Program-made: the position numbers and the translations under genes
Source: the human T2T-CHM13v2.0 reference genome, Homo sapiens
Reading direction: 5' to 3' (one strand)
Length of the DNA stretch: 64,000 bases
Assembly: GCF_009914755.1 (NCBI RefSeq)
Contig: NC_060931.1
Shown: in pieces, positions 13,601-25,600 of the stretch
Numbering within the stretch: position 1 is the first letter of the stretch
How the letters are laid out: every line of letters starts with the position of its first letter
Notes under the pieces: generated by a model
Told to the model about the DNA's origin: nothing
Database searches by the model: none
Seen by the model: the letters and a program-made list of their open reading frames with translations, nothing else

Positions 13601-16600
13601 AGTGGAACGTCCCTTTGCACAGAGCAGATTTGAAACACTCTTTTTGTGGAGTTTGCAAGTGGAGATTTCAAGCGATTTGATGCCAACAGTATAAAAGGAA
13701 ATATCTTCAAATAAAAACTAGACAGAATCATTCTCAGAAACTACTTTGTGATGTGTGCTTTCAACTCACAGAGTTTAACCTTTCTTTTCTTAGAGCAGTT
13801 TAGAAACACTCTGCTTGTTATGTCTGCAAGTGGATATTTGGACCTCTTTGAGGCCTTCGTTGCAAACGGGGTTTCTTCCTTTCATGCTAGACTAAGAAGA
13901 GTTCTCAGTAACTTTTTTGTGTTGTGTGTATTCAACTCACAGAGTTGAACCTTGCTTTAGAGAGAGCAGATTTGAAACACTCTTGCTGTGGCATTTTCAG
14001 GTGGAGATTTCAAGCGATTTGAGGACAATTGCAGAAAAGGAAATATCTTCGTATAATAACCAGACAGAATCATTCTCAGAAAGTGCTTTGTGATGTGTGC
14101 GTTCAACTCACAGAGTTTAACCTTTCTTTTCATAGAGGAGCTTGGAAACACACTGTTTGTAAAGTCTGCAATTGGATATATGGACCTGTTTGAGGCCTCC
14201 GTTGGAAACGGGATTTCTTCATTGAATGCTAGACGGAAGAATTCTCAGTAAATTCTTTGTGTTGTGTGCATTCAACTCACAGAGTGGAACGTCCCTTTAG
14301 ACAGAGCAGATTTGAAACACTCTTTTTGCGGAATTTGCAAGTGGAGATTTCTAGCCATTTGATGCCAACAGTAGAAAGGGAAATATCTTCAAATAAAAAC
14401 CAGACAGAATCATTCTCAGAAAATTCTTTGTGATGTGTGCGTTCAACTCACATAGTTTAACCTTTCTTTTCATAGAGCAGTTTGGAAACACTCTGTTTGT
14501 AAAGTCTGCAAGTGGATATATGGACCGCATTGAGGCCTTCGTTGGAAACGGGATTTCTTCATTTCATGCTAGACAGAAGAATTCTCAGTAACTTCTTTGT
14601 GCTGTGTGTATTCAACTCACAGAGTGGAACGTCCCTTTGCACAGAGCAGATTTGAAACACTCTTTTTGTGGAGTTTGCAAGTGGAGATTTCAAGCGATTT
14701 GATGCCAACAGTAGAAAAGGAAATATCTTCAAATAAAAACTAGACAGAATCATTCTCAGAAACTACTTTGTGATGTGTGCCTTCAACTCACAGAGTTTAA
14801 CCTTTCTTTTCTTAGAGCAGTTTAGAAACACTCTGCTTGTTATGTCTGCAAGTGGATATTTGGACCTCTTTGAGGCCTTCGTTGCAAACGGGGTTTCTTC
14901 CTTTAATGCTAGACTAAGAACAGTTCTCAGTAACTTTTTTGTGTTGTGTGTATTCAACTCACAGAGTTGAACCTTGCTTTAGAGAGAGCAGATTTGAAAC
15001 ACTCTCGCTGTGGAATTTTCAGGTGGAGATTTCAAGCGATTTGAGGACAATTGCAGAAAAGGAAATATCTTCGTATAATAACCAGACAGAATCATTCTCA
15101 GAAAGTGCTTTGTGATGTGTGCGTTCAACTCACAGAGTTTAACCTTTCTTTTCATAGAGGAGTTTGGAAACACACTGTTTGTAAAGTCTGCAATTGGATA
15201 TATGGACCTGTTTGAGGCCTTCGTTTGAAACGGGATTTCTTCATTGAATGCTAGACGGAAGAATTCTCAGTAAATTCTTTGTGTTGTGTGCATTCAACTC
15301 ACAGAGTGGAACGTCCCTTTAGACAGAGCAGATTTGAAACACTCTTTTTGCGGAATTTGCAAGTGGAGATTTCTAGCCATTTGATGCCAACAGTAGAAAG
15401 GGAAATATCTTCAAATAAAAACCAGACAGAATCATTCTCAGAAAATTCTTTGTGATGTGTGCGTTCAACTCACATAGTTTAACCTTTCTTTTCATAGAGC
15501 AGTTTGGAAACACTCTGTTTGTAAAGTCTGCAAGTGGATATATGGACCGCATTGAGGCCTTCGTTGGAAACGGGATTTCTTCATTTCATGCTAGACAGAA
15601 GAATTCTCAGTAACTTCTTTGTGCTGTGTGTATTCAACTCACAGAGTGGAACGTCCCTTTACACAGAGCAGATTTGAAACACTCTTTTTGTGGAGTTTGC
15701 AAGTGGAGATTTCAAGCGATTTGATGCCAACAGTAGAAAAGGAAATATCTTCAAATAAAAACTAGACAGAATCATTCTCAGAAACTACTTTGTGATGTGT
15801 GCCTTTAACTCACAGAGTTTAACCTTTCTTTTCTTAGAGCAGTTTAGAAACACTCTGCTTGTTATGTCTGCAAGTGGATATTTGGACCTCTTTGAGGCCT
15901 TCGTTGCAAACGGGGTTTCTTCCTTTAATGCTAGACTAAGAACAGTTCTCAGTAACTTTTTTGTGTTGTGTGTATTCAACTCACAGAGTTGAACCTTGCT
16001 TTAGAGAGAGCAGATTTGAAACACTCTCGCTGTGGAATTTTCAGGTGGAGATTTCAAGCGATTTGAGGACAATTGCAGAAAAGGAAATATCTTCGTATAA
16101 TAACCAGACAGAATCATTCTCAGAAAGTGCTTTGTGATGTGTGCGTTCAACTCACAGAGTTTAACCTTTCTTTTCATAGAGGAGTTTGGAAACACACTGT
16201 TTGTAAAGTCTGCAATTGGATATATGGACCTGTTTGAGGCCTTCGTTGGAAACGGGATTTCTTCATTGAATGCTAGACGGAAGAATTCTCAGTAAATTCT
16301 TTGTGTTGTGTGCATTCAACTCACAGAGTGGAACGTCCCTTTAGACAGAGCAGATTTGAAACACTCTTTTTGCGGAATTTGCAAGTGGAGATTTCTAGCC
16401 ATTTGATGCCAACAGTAGAAAGGGAAATATCTTCAAATAAAAACCAGACAGAATCATTCTCAGAAAATTCTTTGTGATGTGTGCGTTCAACTCACATAGT
16501 TTAACCTTTCTTTTCATAGAGCAGTTTGGAAACACTCTGTTTGTAAAGTCTGCAAGTGGATATATGGACCGCATTGAGGCCTTCGTTGGAAACGGGATTT

Positions 16601-16813
16601 CTTCATTTCATGCTAGACAGAAGAATTCTCAGTAACTTCTTTGTGCTGTGTGTATTCAACTCACAGAGTGGAACGTCCCTTTGCACAGAGCAGATTTGAA
16701 ACACTCTTTTTGTGGAGTTTGCAAGTGGAGATTTCAAGCGATTTAATGCCAACAGTAGGAAAGGAAATATCTTCAAATAAAAACTAGACAGAATCATTCT
16801 CAGAAACTACTTT

Positions 16814-18177
16814 GTGATGTGTGCCTTCAACTCACAGAGTTTAACCTTTCTTTTCTTAGAGCAGTTTAGAAACACTCTGCTTGTTATGTCTGCAAGTGGA
16901 TATTTGGACCTCTTTGAGGCCTTCGTTGCAAACAGGGTTTCTTCCTTTAATGCTAGACTAAGAAGAGTTCTCAGTAACTTTTTTGTGTTGTGTGTATTCA
17001 ACTCACAGAGTTGAACCTTGCTTTAGAGAGAGCAGATTTGAAACACTCTTGCTGTGGCATTTTCAGGTGGAGATTTCAAGCGATTTGAGGACAATTGCAG
17101 AAAAGGAAATATCTTCGTATAATAACCAGACAGAATCATTCTCAGAAAGTGCTTTGTGATGTGTGCGTTCAACTCACAGAGTTTAACCTTTCTTTTCATA
17201 GAGGAGTTTGGAAACACACTGTTTGTAAAGTCTGCAATTGGATATATGGACCTGTTTGAGGCCTTCGTTGCAAACGGGGTTTCTTCCTTTAATGCTAGAC
17301 TAAGAAGAGTTCTCAGTAACTTTTTTGTGTTGCGTGTATTCAACTCACAGAGTTGAACCTTGCTTTAGAGAGAGCAGATTTGAAACACTCTTGCTGTGGA
17401 ATTTTCAGGTGGAGATTTCAAGCGATTTGAGGACAATTGCAGAAACGGAAATATCTTCGTATAATAACCAGACAGAATCATTCTCAGAAAGTGCTTTGTG
17501 ATGTGTGCGTTCAACTCACAGAGTTTAACCTTTCTTTTCATAGAGGAGCTTGGAAACACACTGTTTGTAAAGTCTGCAATTGGATATATGGACCTGTTTG
17601 AGGCCTCCGTTGGAAACGGGATTTCTTCATTGAATGCTAGACGGAAGAATTCTCAGTAAATTCTTTGTGTTGTGTGCATTGAACTCACAGAGTGGAACGT
17701 CCCTTTAGACAGAGCAGATTTGAAACACTCTTTTTGCGGAATTTGCAAGTGGAGATTTCTAGCCATTTGATGCCAACAGTAGAAAGGGAAATATCTTCAA
17801 ATAAAAACCAGACAGAATCATTCTCAGAAAATTCTTTGTGATGTGTGCGTTCAACTCACATAGTTTAACCTTTCTTTTCATAGAGCAGTTTGGAAACACT
17901 CTGTTTGTAGAGTCTGCAAGTGGATATATGGACCGCATTGAGGCCTTCGTTGGAAACGGGATTTCTTCATTTCATGCTAGACAGAAGAATTCTCAGTAAC
18001 TTCTTTGTGCTGTGTGTATTCAACTCACAGAGTGGAACGTCCCTTTGCACAGAGCAGATTTGAAACACTCTTTTTGTGGAGTTTGCAAGTGGAGATTTCA
18101 AGCGATTTGATGCCAACAGTAGAAAAGGAAATATCTTCAAATAAAAACTAGACAGAATCATTCTCAGGAACTACTTT
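16814..18177 (+). repeat. 8-mer HOR variant (1364 bp); junction ~17255-17270 overlapping a CENP-B box
   Basis: The box-A monomer (CAATTGGATATATGGACCTGTTTG) runs directly into box C (CTTCGTTGCAAACGGGG), adding 342 bp. This creates the 106-aa chimeric ORF at 17023-17343. Confidence 0.93.
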
Positions 18178-21100
18178 GTGATGTGTGCCTTCAACTCACA
18201 GAGTTTAACCTTTCTTTTCTTAGAGCAGTTTAGAAACACTCTGCTTGTTATGTCTGCAAGTGGATATTTGGACCTCTTTGAGGCCTTCGTTGCAAACGGG
18301 GTTTCTTCCTTTAATGCTAGACTAAGAAGAGTTCTCAGTAACTTTTTTGTGTTGTGTGTATTCAACTCACAGAGTTGAACCTTGCTTTAGAGAGAGCAGA
18401 TTTGAAACACTCTTGCTGTGGCATTTTCAGGTGGAGATTTCAAGCGATTTGAGGACAATTGCAGAAACGGAAATATCTTCGTATAATAACCAGACAGAAT
18501 CATTCTCAGAAAGTGCTTTGTGATGTGTGCGTTCAACTCACAGAGTTTAACCTTTCTTTTCATAGAGGAGTTTGGAAACACACTGTTTGTAAAGTCTGCA
18601 ATTGGATATATGGACCTGTTTGAGGCCTTCGTTGGAAACGGGATTTCTTCATTGAATGCTAGACGGAAGAATTCTCAGTAAATTCTTTGTGTTGTGTGCA
18701 TTCAACTCACAGAGTGGAACGTCCCTTTAGACAGAGCAGATTTGAAACACTCTTTTTGCGGAATTTGCAAGTGGAGATTTCTAGCCATTTGATGCCAACA
18801 GTAGAAAGGGAAATATCTTCAAATAAAAACCAGACAGAATCATTCTCAGAAAATTCTTTGTGATGTGTGCGTTCAACTCACATAGTTTAACCTTTCTTTT
18901 CATAGAGCAGTTTGGAAACACTCTGTTTGTAAAGTCTGCAAGTGGATATATGGACCGCATTGAGGCCTTCGTTGGAAACGGGATTTCTTCATTTCATGCT
19001 AGACAGAAGAATTCTCAGTAACTTCTTTGTGCTGTGTGTATTCAACTCACAGAGTGGAACGTCCCTTTGCACAGAGCAGATTTGAAACACTCTTTTTGTG
19101 GAGTTTGCAAGTGGAGATTTCAAGCGATTTGATGCCAACAGTAGAAAAGGAAATATCTTCAAATAAAAACTAGACAGAATCATTCTCAGAAACTACTTTG
19201 TGATGTGTGCCTTCAACTCACAGAGTTTAACCTTTCTTTTCTTAGAGCAGTTTAGAAACACTCTGCTTGTTATGTCTGCAAGTGGATATTTGGACCTCTT
19301 TGAGGCCTTCGTTGCAAACGGGGTTTCTTCCTTTAATGCTAGACTAAGAAGAGTTCTCAGTAACTTTTTTGTGTTGTGTGTATTCAACTCACAGAGTTGA
19401 ACCTTGCTTTAGAGAGAGCAGATTTGAAACACTCTTGCTGTGGCATTTTCAGGTGGAGATTTCAAGCGATTTGAGGACAATTGCAGAAAAGGAAATATCT
19501 TCGTATAATAACCAGACAGAATCATTCTCAGAAAGTGCTTTGTGATGTGTGCGTTCAACTCACATAGTTTAACCTTTCTTTTCATAGAGCAGTTTGGAAA
19601 CACTCTGTTTGTAAAGTCTGCAAGTGGATATATGGACCGCATTGAGGCCTTCGTTGGAACCGGGATTTCTTCATTTCATGCTAGACAGAAGAATTCTCAG
19701 TAACTTCTTTGTGCTGTGTGTATTCAACTCACAGAGTGGAACGTCCCTTTGCACAGAGCAGATTTGAAACACTCTTTTTGTGGAGTTTGCAAGTGGAGAT
19801 TTCAAGCGATTTGATGCCAACAGTAGAAAAGGAAATATCTTCAAATAAAAACTAGACAGAATCATTCTCAGGAACTACTTTGTGATGTGTGCCTTCAACT
19901 CACAGAGTTTAACCTTTCTTTTCTTAGAGCAGTTTAGAAACACTCTGCTTGTTATGTCTTCAAGTGGATATTTGGACCTCTTTGAGGCCTTCGTTGCAAA
20001 CGGGGTTTCTTCCTTTAATGCTAGACTAAGAAGAGTTCTCAGTAACTTTTTTGTGTTGTGTGTATTCAACTCACAGAGTTGAACCTTGCTTTAGAGAGAG
20101 CAGATTTGAAACACTCTTGCTGTGGAATTTTCAGGTGGAGATTTCAAGCGATTTGAGGACAATTGCAGAAACGGAAATATCTTCGTATAATAACCAGACA
20201 GAATCATTCTCAGAAAGTGCTTTGTGATGTGTGCGTTCAACTCACAGAGTTTAACCTTTCTTTTCATAGAGGAGCTTGGAAACACACTGTTTGTAAAGTC
20301 TGCAATTGGATATATGGACCTGTTTGAGGCCTCCGTTGGAAACGGGATTTCTTCATTGAATGCTAGACGGAAGAATTCTCAGTAAATTCTTTGTGTTGTG
20401 TGCATTGAACTCACAGAGTGGAACGTCCCTTTAGACAGAGCAGATTTGAAACACTCTTTTTGCGGAATTTGCAAGTGGAGATTTCTAGCCATTTGATGCC
20501 AACAGTAGAAAGGGAAATATCTTCAAATAAAAACCAGACAGAATCATTCTCAGAAAATTCTTTGTGATGTGTGCGTTCAACTCACATAGTTTAACCTTTC
20601 TTTTCATAGAGCAGTTTGGAAACACTCTGTTTGTAGAGTCTGCAAGTGGATATATGGACCGCATTGAGGCCTTCGTTGGAAACGGGATTTCTTCATTTCA
20701 TGCTAGACAGAAGAATTCTCAGTAACTTCTTTGTGCTGTGTGTATTCAACTCACAGAGTGGAACGTCCCTTTGCACAGAGCAGATTTGAAACACTCTTTT
20801 TGTGGAGTTTGCAAGTGGAGATTTCAAGCGATTTGATGCCAACAGTAGAAAAGGAAATATCTTCAAATAAAAACTAGACAGAATCATTCTCAGGAACTAC
20901 TTTGTGATGTGTGCCTTCAACTCACAGAGTTTAACCTTTCTTTTCTTAGAGCAGTTTAGAAACACTCTGCTTGTTATGTCTGCAAGTGGATATTTGGACC
21001 TCTTTGAGGCCTTCGTTGCAAACGGGGTTTCTTCCTTTAATGCTAGACTAAGAAGAGTTCTCAGTAACTTTTTTGTGTTGTGTGTATTCAACTCACAGAG

Positions 21101-22280
21101 TTGAACCTTGCTTTAGAGAGAGCAGATTTGAAACACTCTTGCTGTGGCATTTTCAGGTGGAGATTTCAAGCGATTTGAGGACAATTGCAGAAACGGAAAT
21201 ATCTTCGTATAATAACCAGACAGAATCATTCTCAGAAAGTGCTTTGTGATGTGTGCGTTCAACTCACAGAGTTTAACCTTTCTTTTCATAGAGGAGTTTG
21301 GAAACACACTGTTTGTAAAGTCTGCAATTGGATATATGGACCTGTTTGAGGCCTTCGTTGGAAACGGGATTTCTTCATTGAATGCTAGACGGAAGAATTC
21401 TCAGTAAATTCTTTGTGTTGTGTGCATTCAACTCACAGAGTGGAACGTCCCTTTAGACAGAGCAGATTTGAAACACTCTTTTTGCGGAATTTGCAAGTGG
21501 AGATTTCTAGCCATTTGATGCCAACAGTAGAAAGGGAAATATCTTCAAATAAAAACCAGACAGAATCATTCTCAGAAAATTCTTTGTGATGTGTGCGTTC
21601 AACTCACATAGTTTAACCTTTCTTTTCATAGAGCAGTTTGGAAACACTCTGTTTGTAAAGTCTGCAAGTGGATATATGGACCGCATTGAGGCCTTCGTTG
21701 GAAACGGGATTTCTTCATTTCATGCTAGACAGAAGAATTCTCAGTAACTTCTTTGTGCTGTGTGTATTCAACTCACAGAGTGGAACGTCCCTTTGCACAG
21801 AGCAGATTTGAAACACTCTTTTTGTGGAGTTTGCAAGTGGAGATTTCAAGCGATTTGATGCCAACAGTAGAAAAGGAAATATCTTCAAATAAAAACTAGA
21901 CAGAATCATTCTCAGAAACTACTTTGTGATGTGTGCCTTCAACTCACAGAGTTTAACCTTTCTTTTCTTAGAGCAGTTTAGAAACACTCTGCTTGTTATG
22001 TCTGCAAGTGGATATTTGGACCTCTTTGAGGCCTTCGTTGCAAACGGGGTTTCTTCCTTTAATGCTAGACTAAGAAGAGTTCTCAGTAACTTTTTTGTGT
22101 TGTGTGTATTCAACTCACAGAGTTGAACCTTGCTTTAGAGAGAGCAGATTTGAAACACTCTTGCTGTGGCATTTTCAGGTGGAGATTTCAAGCGATTTGA
22201 GGACAATTGCAGAAAAGGAAATATCTTCGTATAATAACCAGACAGAATCATTCTCAGAAAGTGCTTTGTGATGTGTGCGT
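17271..22280 (+). repeat. 2726-bp-offset duplication (17271-19550 vs 19997-22276)
   Basis: AGAAACGG (~17441/20167 and ~18463/21189), TGTAGAGTC (~17906/20632) and CAGGAACT (~18165/20891) all recur at 2726 bp = 2x1022+682. Confidence 0.88.
19200..19881 (+). repeat. 4-mer HOR variant (682 bp) lacking box A; junction ~19538-19564
   Basis: GAAAGTGCTTTGTG (box-A monomer start) switches to CACATAG...GAGCAG...GACCGCATTG (box-B monomer). Confidence 0.93.
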
Positions 22281-22607
22281 TCAACTCACAGAGTTTAACC
22301 TTTCTTTTCATAGAGGAGTTTGGAAACACACTGTTTGTAAAGTCTGCAATTGGATATATGGACCTGTTTGAGGCCTTCGTTGGAAACGGGATTTCTTCAT
22401 TTCATGCTAGACAGAAGAATTCTCAGTAACTTCTTTGTGCTGTGTGTATTCAACTCACAGAGTGGAACGTCCCTTTGCACAGAGCAGATTTGAAACACTC
22501 TTTTTGTGGAGTTTGCAAGTGGAGATTTCAAGCGATTTGATGCCAACAGTAGAAAAGGAAATATCTTCAAATAAAAACTAGACAGAATCATTCTCAGAAA
22601 CTACTTT
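21926..22607 (+). repeat. 4-mer HOR variant (682 bp); junction 22368-22401 spanning a CENP-B box
   Basis: GACCTGTTTG (A-type) upstream of the box and TTTCATGCTAGACAG (B-type) downstream. Confidence 0.93.
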
Positions 22608-25600
22608 GTGATGTGTGCCTTCAACTCACAGAGTTTAACCTTTCTTTTCTTAGAGCAGTTTAGAAACACTCTGCTTGTTATGTCTGCAAGTGGATATTTG
22701 GACCTCTTTGAGGCCTTCGTTGCAAACGGGGTTTCTTCCTTTAATGCTAGACTAAGAAGAGTTCTCAGTAACTTTTTTGTGTTGTGTGTATTCAACTCAC
22801 AGAGTTGAACCTTGCTTTAGAGAGAGCAGATTTGAAACACTCTCGCTGTGGAATTTTCAGGTGGAGATTTCAAGCGATTTGAGGACAATTGCAGAAAAGG
22901 AAATATCTTCGTATAATAACCAGACAGAATCATTCTCAGAAAGTGCTTTGTGATGTGTGCGTTCAACTCACAGAGTTTAACCATTCTTTTCATAGAGGAG
23001 CTTGGAAACACACTGTTTGTAAAGTCTGCAATTGGATATATGGACCTGTTTGAGGCCTCCGTTGGAAACGGGATTTCTTCATTGAATGCTAGACGGAAGA
23101 ATTCTCAGTAAATTCTTTGTGTTGTGTGCATTGAACTCAGAGAGTGGAAAGTCCCTTTAGACAGAGCAGATTTGAAACACTCTTTTTGCGGAATTTGCAA
23201 GTGGAGATTTCTAGCCATTTGATGTCAACAGTAGAAAGGGAAATATCTTCAAATAAAAACCAGACAGAATCATTCTCAGAAAATTCTTTGTGATGTGTGC
23301 GTTCAACTCACATAGTTTAACCTTTCTTTTCATAGAGCAGTTTGGAAACACTCTGTTTGTAAAGTCTGCAAGTGGATATATGGACCGCATTGAGGCCTTC
23401 GTTGGAAACGGGATTTCTTCATTTCATGCTAGACAGAAGAATTCTCAGTAACTTCTTTGTGCTGTGTGTATTCAACTCACAGAGTGGAACGTCCCTTTAC
23501 ACAGAGCAGATTTGAAACACTCTTTTTGTGGAGTTTGCAAGTGGAGATTTCAAGCGATTTGATGCCAACAGTATAAAAGGAAATATCTTCAAATAAAAAC
23601 TAGACAGAATCATTCTCAGAAACTACTTTGTGATGTGTGCCTTTAACTCACAGAGTTTAACCTTTCTTTTCTTAGAGCAGTTTAGAAACACTCTGCTTGT
23701 TATGTCTGCAAGTGGATATTTGGACCTCTTTGAGGCCTTCGTTGCAAACGGGGTTTCTTCCTTTCATGCTAGACTAAGAAGAGTTCTCAGTAACTTTTTT
23801 GTGTTGTGTGTATTCAACTCACAGAGTTGAACCTTGCTTTAGAGAGAGCAGATTTGAAACACTCTTGCTGTGGCATTTTCAGGTGGAGATTTCAAGCGAT
23901 TTGAGGACAATTGCAGAAAAGGAAATATCTTCGTATAATAACCAGACAGAATCATTCTCAGAAAGTGCTTTGTGATGTGTGCGTTCAACTCACAGAGTTT
24001 AACCTTTCTTTTCATAGAGGAGTTTGGAAACACACTGTTTGTAAAGTCTGCAATTGGATATATGGACCTGTTTGAGGCCTCCGTTGGAAACGGGATTTCT
24101 TCATTGAATGCTAGACGGAAGAATTCTCAGTAAATTCTTTGTGTTGTGTGCATTCAACTCACAGAGTGGAACGTCCCTTTAGACAGAGCAGATTTGAAAC
24201 ACTCTTTTTGCGGAATTTGCAAGTGGAGATTTCTAGCCATTTGATGCCAACAGTAGAAAGGGAAATATCTTCAAATAAAAACCAGACAGAATCATTCTCA
24301 GAAAATTCTTTGTGATGTGTGCGTTCAACTCACATAGTTTAACCTTTCTTTTCATAGAGCAGTTTGGAAACACTCTGTTTGTAAAGTCTGCAAGTGGATA
24401 TATGGACCGCATTGAGGCCTTCGTTGGAAACGGGATTTCTTCATTTCATGCTAGACAGAAGAATTCTCAGTAACTTCTTTGTGCTGTGTGTATTCAACTC
24501 ACAGAGTGGAACGTCCCTTTGCACAGAGCAGATTTGAAACACTCTTTTTGTGGAGTTTGCAAGTGGAGATTTCAAGCGATTTGATGCCAACAGTAGAAAA
24601 GGAAATATCTTCAAATAAAAACTAGACAGAATCATTCTCAGGAACTACTTTGTGATGTGTGCCTTCAACTCACAGAGTTTAACCTTTCTTTTCTTAGAGC
24701 AGTTTAGAAACACTCTGCTTGTTATGTCTGCAAGTGGATATTTGGACCTCTTTGAGGCCTTCGTTGCAAACGGGGTTTCTTCCTTTAATGCTAGACTAAG
24801 AAGAGTTCTCAGTAACTTTTTTGTGTTGTGTGTATTCAACTCACAGAGTTGAACCTTGCTTTAGAGAGAGCAGATTTGAAACACTCTTGCTGTGGAATTT
24901 TCAGGTGGAGATTTCAAGCGATTTGAGGACAATTGCAGAAAAGGAAATATCTTCGTATAATAACCAGACAGGCTCATTCTCAGAAAGTGCTTTGTGATGT
25001 GTGCGTTCAACTCACAGAGTTTAACCTTTCGTTTCATAGAGGAGCTTGGAAACACACTGTTTGTAAAGTCTGCAATTGGATATATGGACCTGTTTGAGGC
25101 CTCCGTTGGAAACGGGATTTCTTCATTGAATGCTAGACGGAAGAATTCTCAGTAAATTCTTTGTGTTGTGTGCATTGAACTCACAGAGTGGAACGTCCCT
25201 TTAGACAGAGCAGATTTGAAACACTCTTTTTGCGGAATTTGCAAGTGGAGATTTCTAGCCATTTGATGCCAACAGTAGAAAGGGAAATATCTTCAAATAA
25301 AAACCAGACAGAATCATTCTCAGAAAATTCTTTGTGATGTGTGCGTTCAACTCACATAGTTTAACCTTTCTTTTCATAGAGCAGTTTGGAAACACTCTGT
25401 TTGTAAAGTCTGCAAGTGGATATATGGACCGCATTGAGGCCTTCGTTGGAAACGGGATTTCTTCATTTCATGCTAGACAGAAGAATTCTCAGTAACTTCT
25501 TTGTGCTGTGTGTATTCAACTCACAGAGTGGAACGTCCCTTTGCACAGAGCAGATTTGAAACACTCTTTTTGTGGAGTTTGCAAGTGGAGATTTCAAGCG

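Noticed and set aside
19649-19665. Box variants GGAACCGGG (19649, 27485, 35321, 41453) and CGTTTGAAA (13175, 15219) as inactivating
   Set aside because: The changes are at positions 12 and 8, outside the nine core bases, so they were used only as lineage markers.
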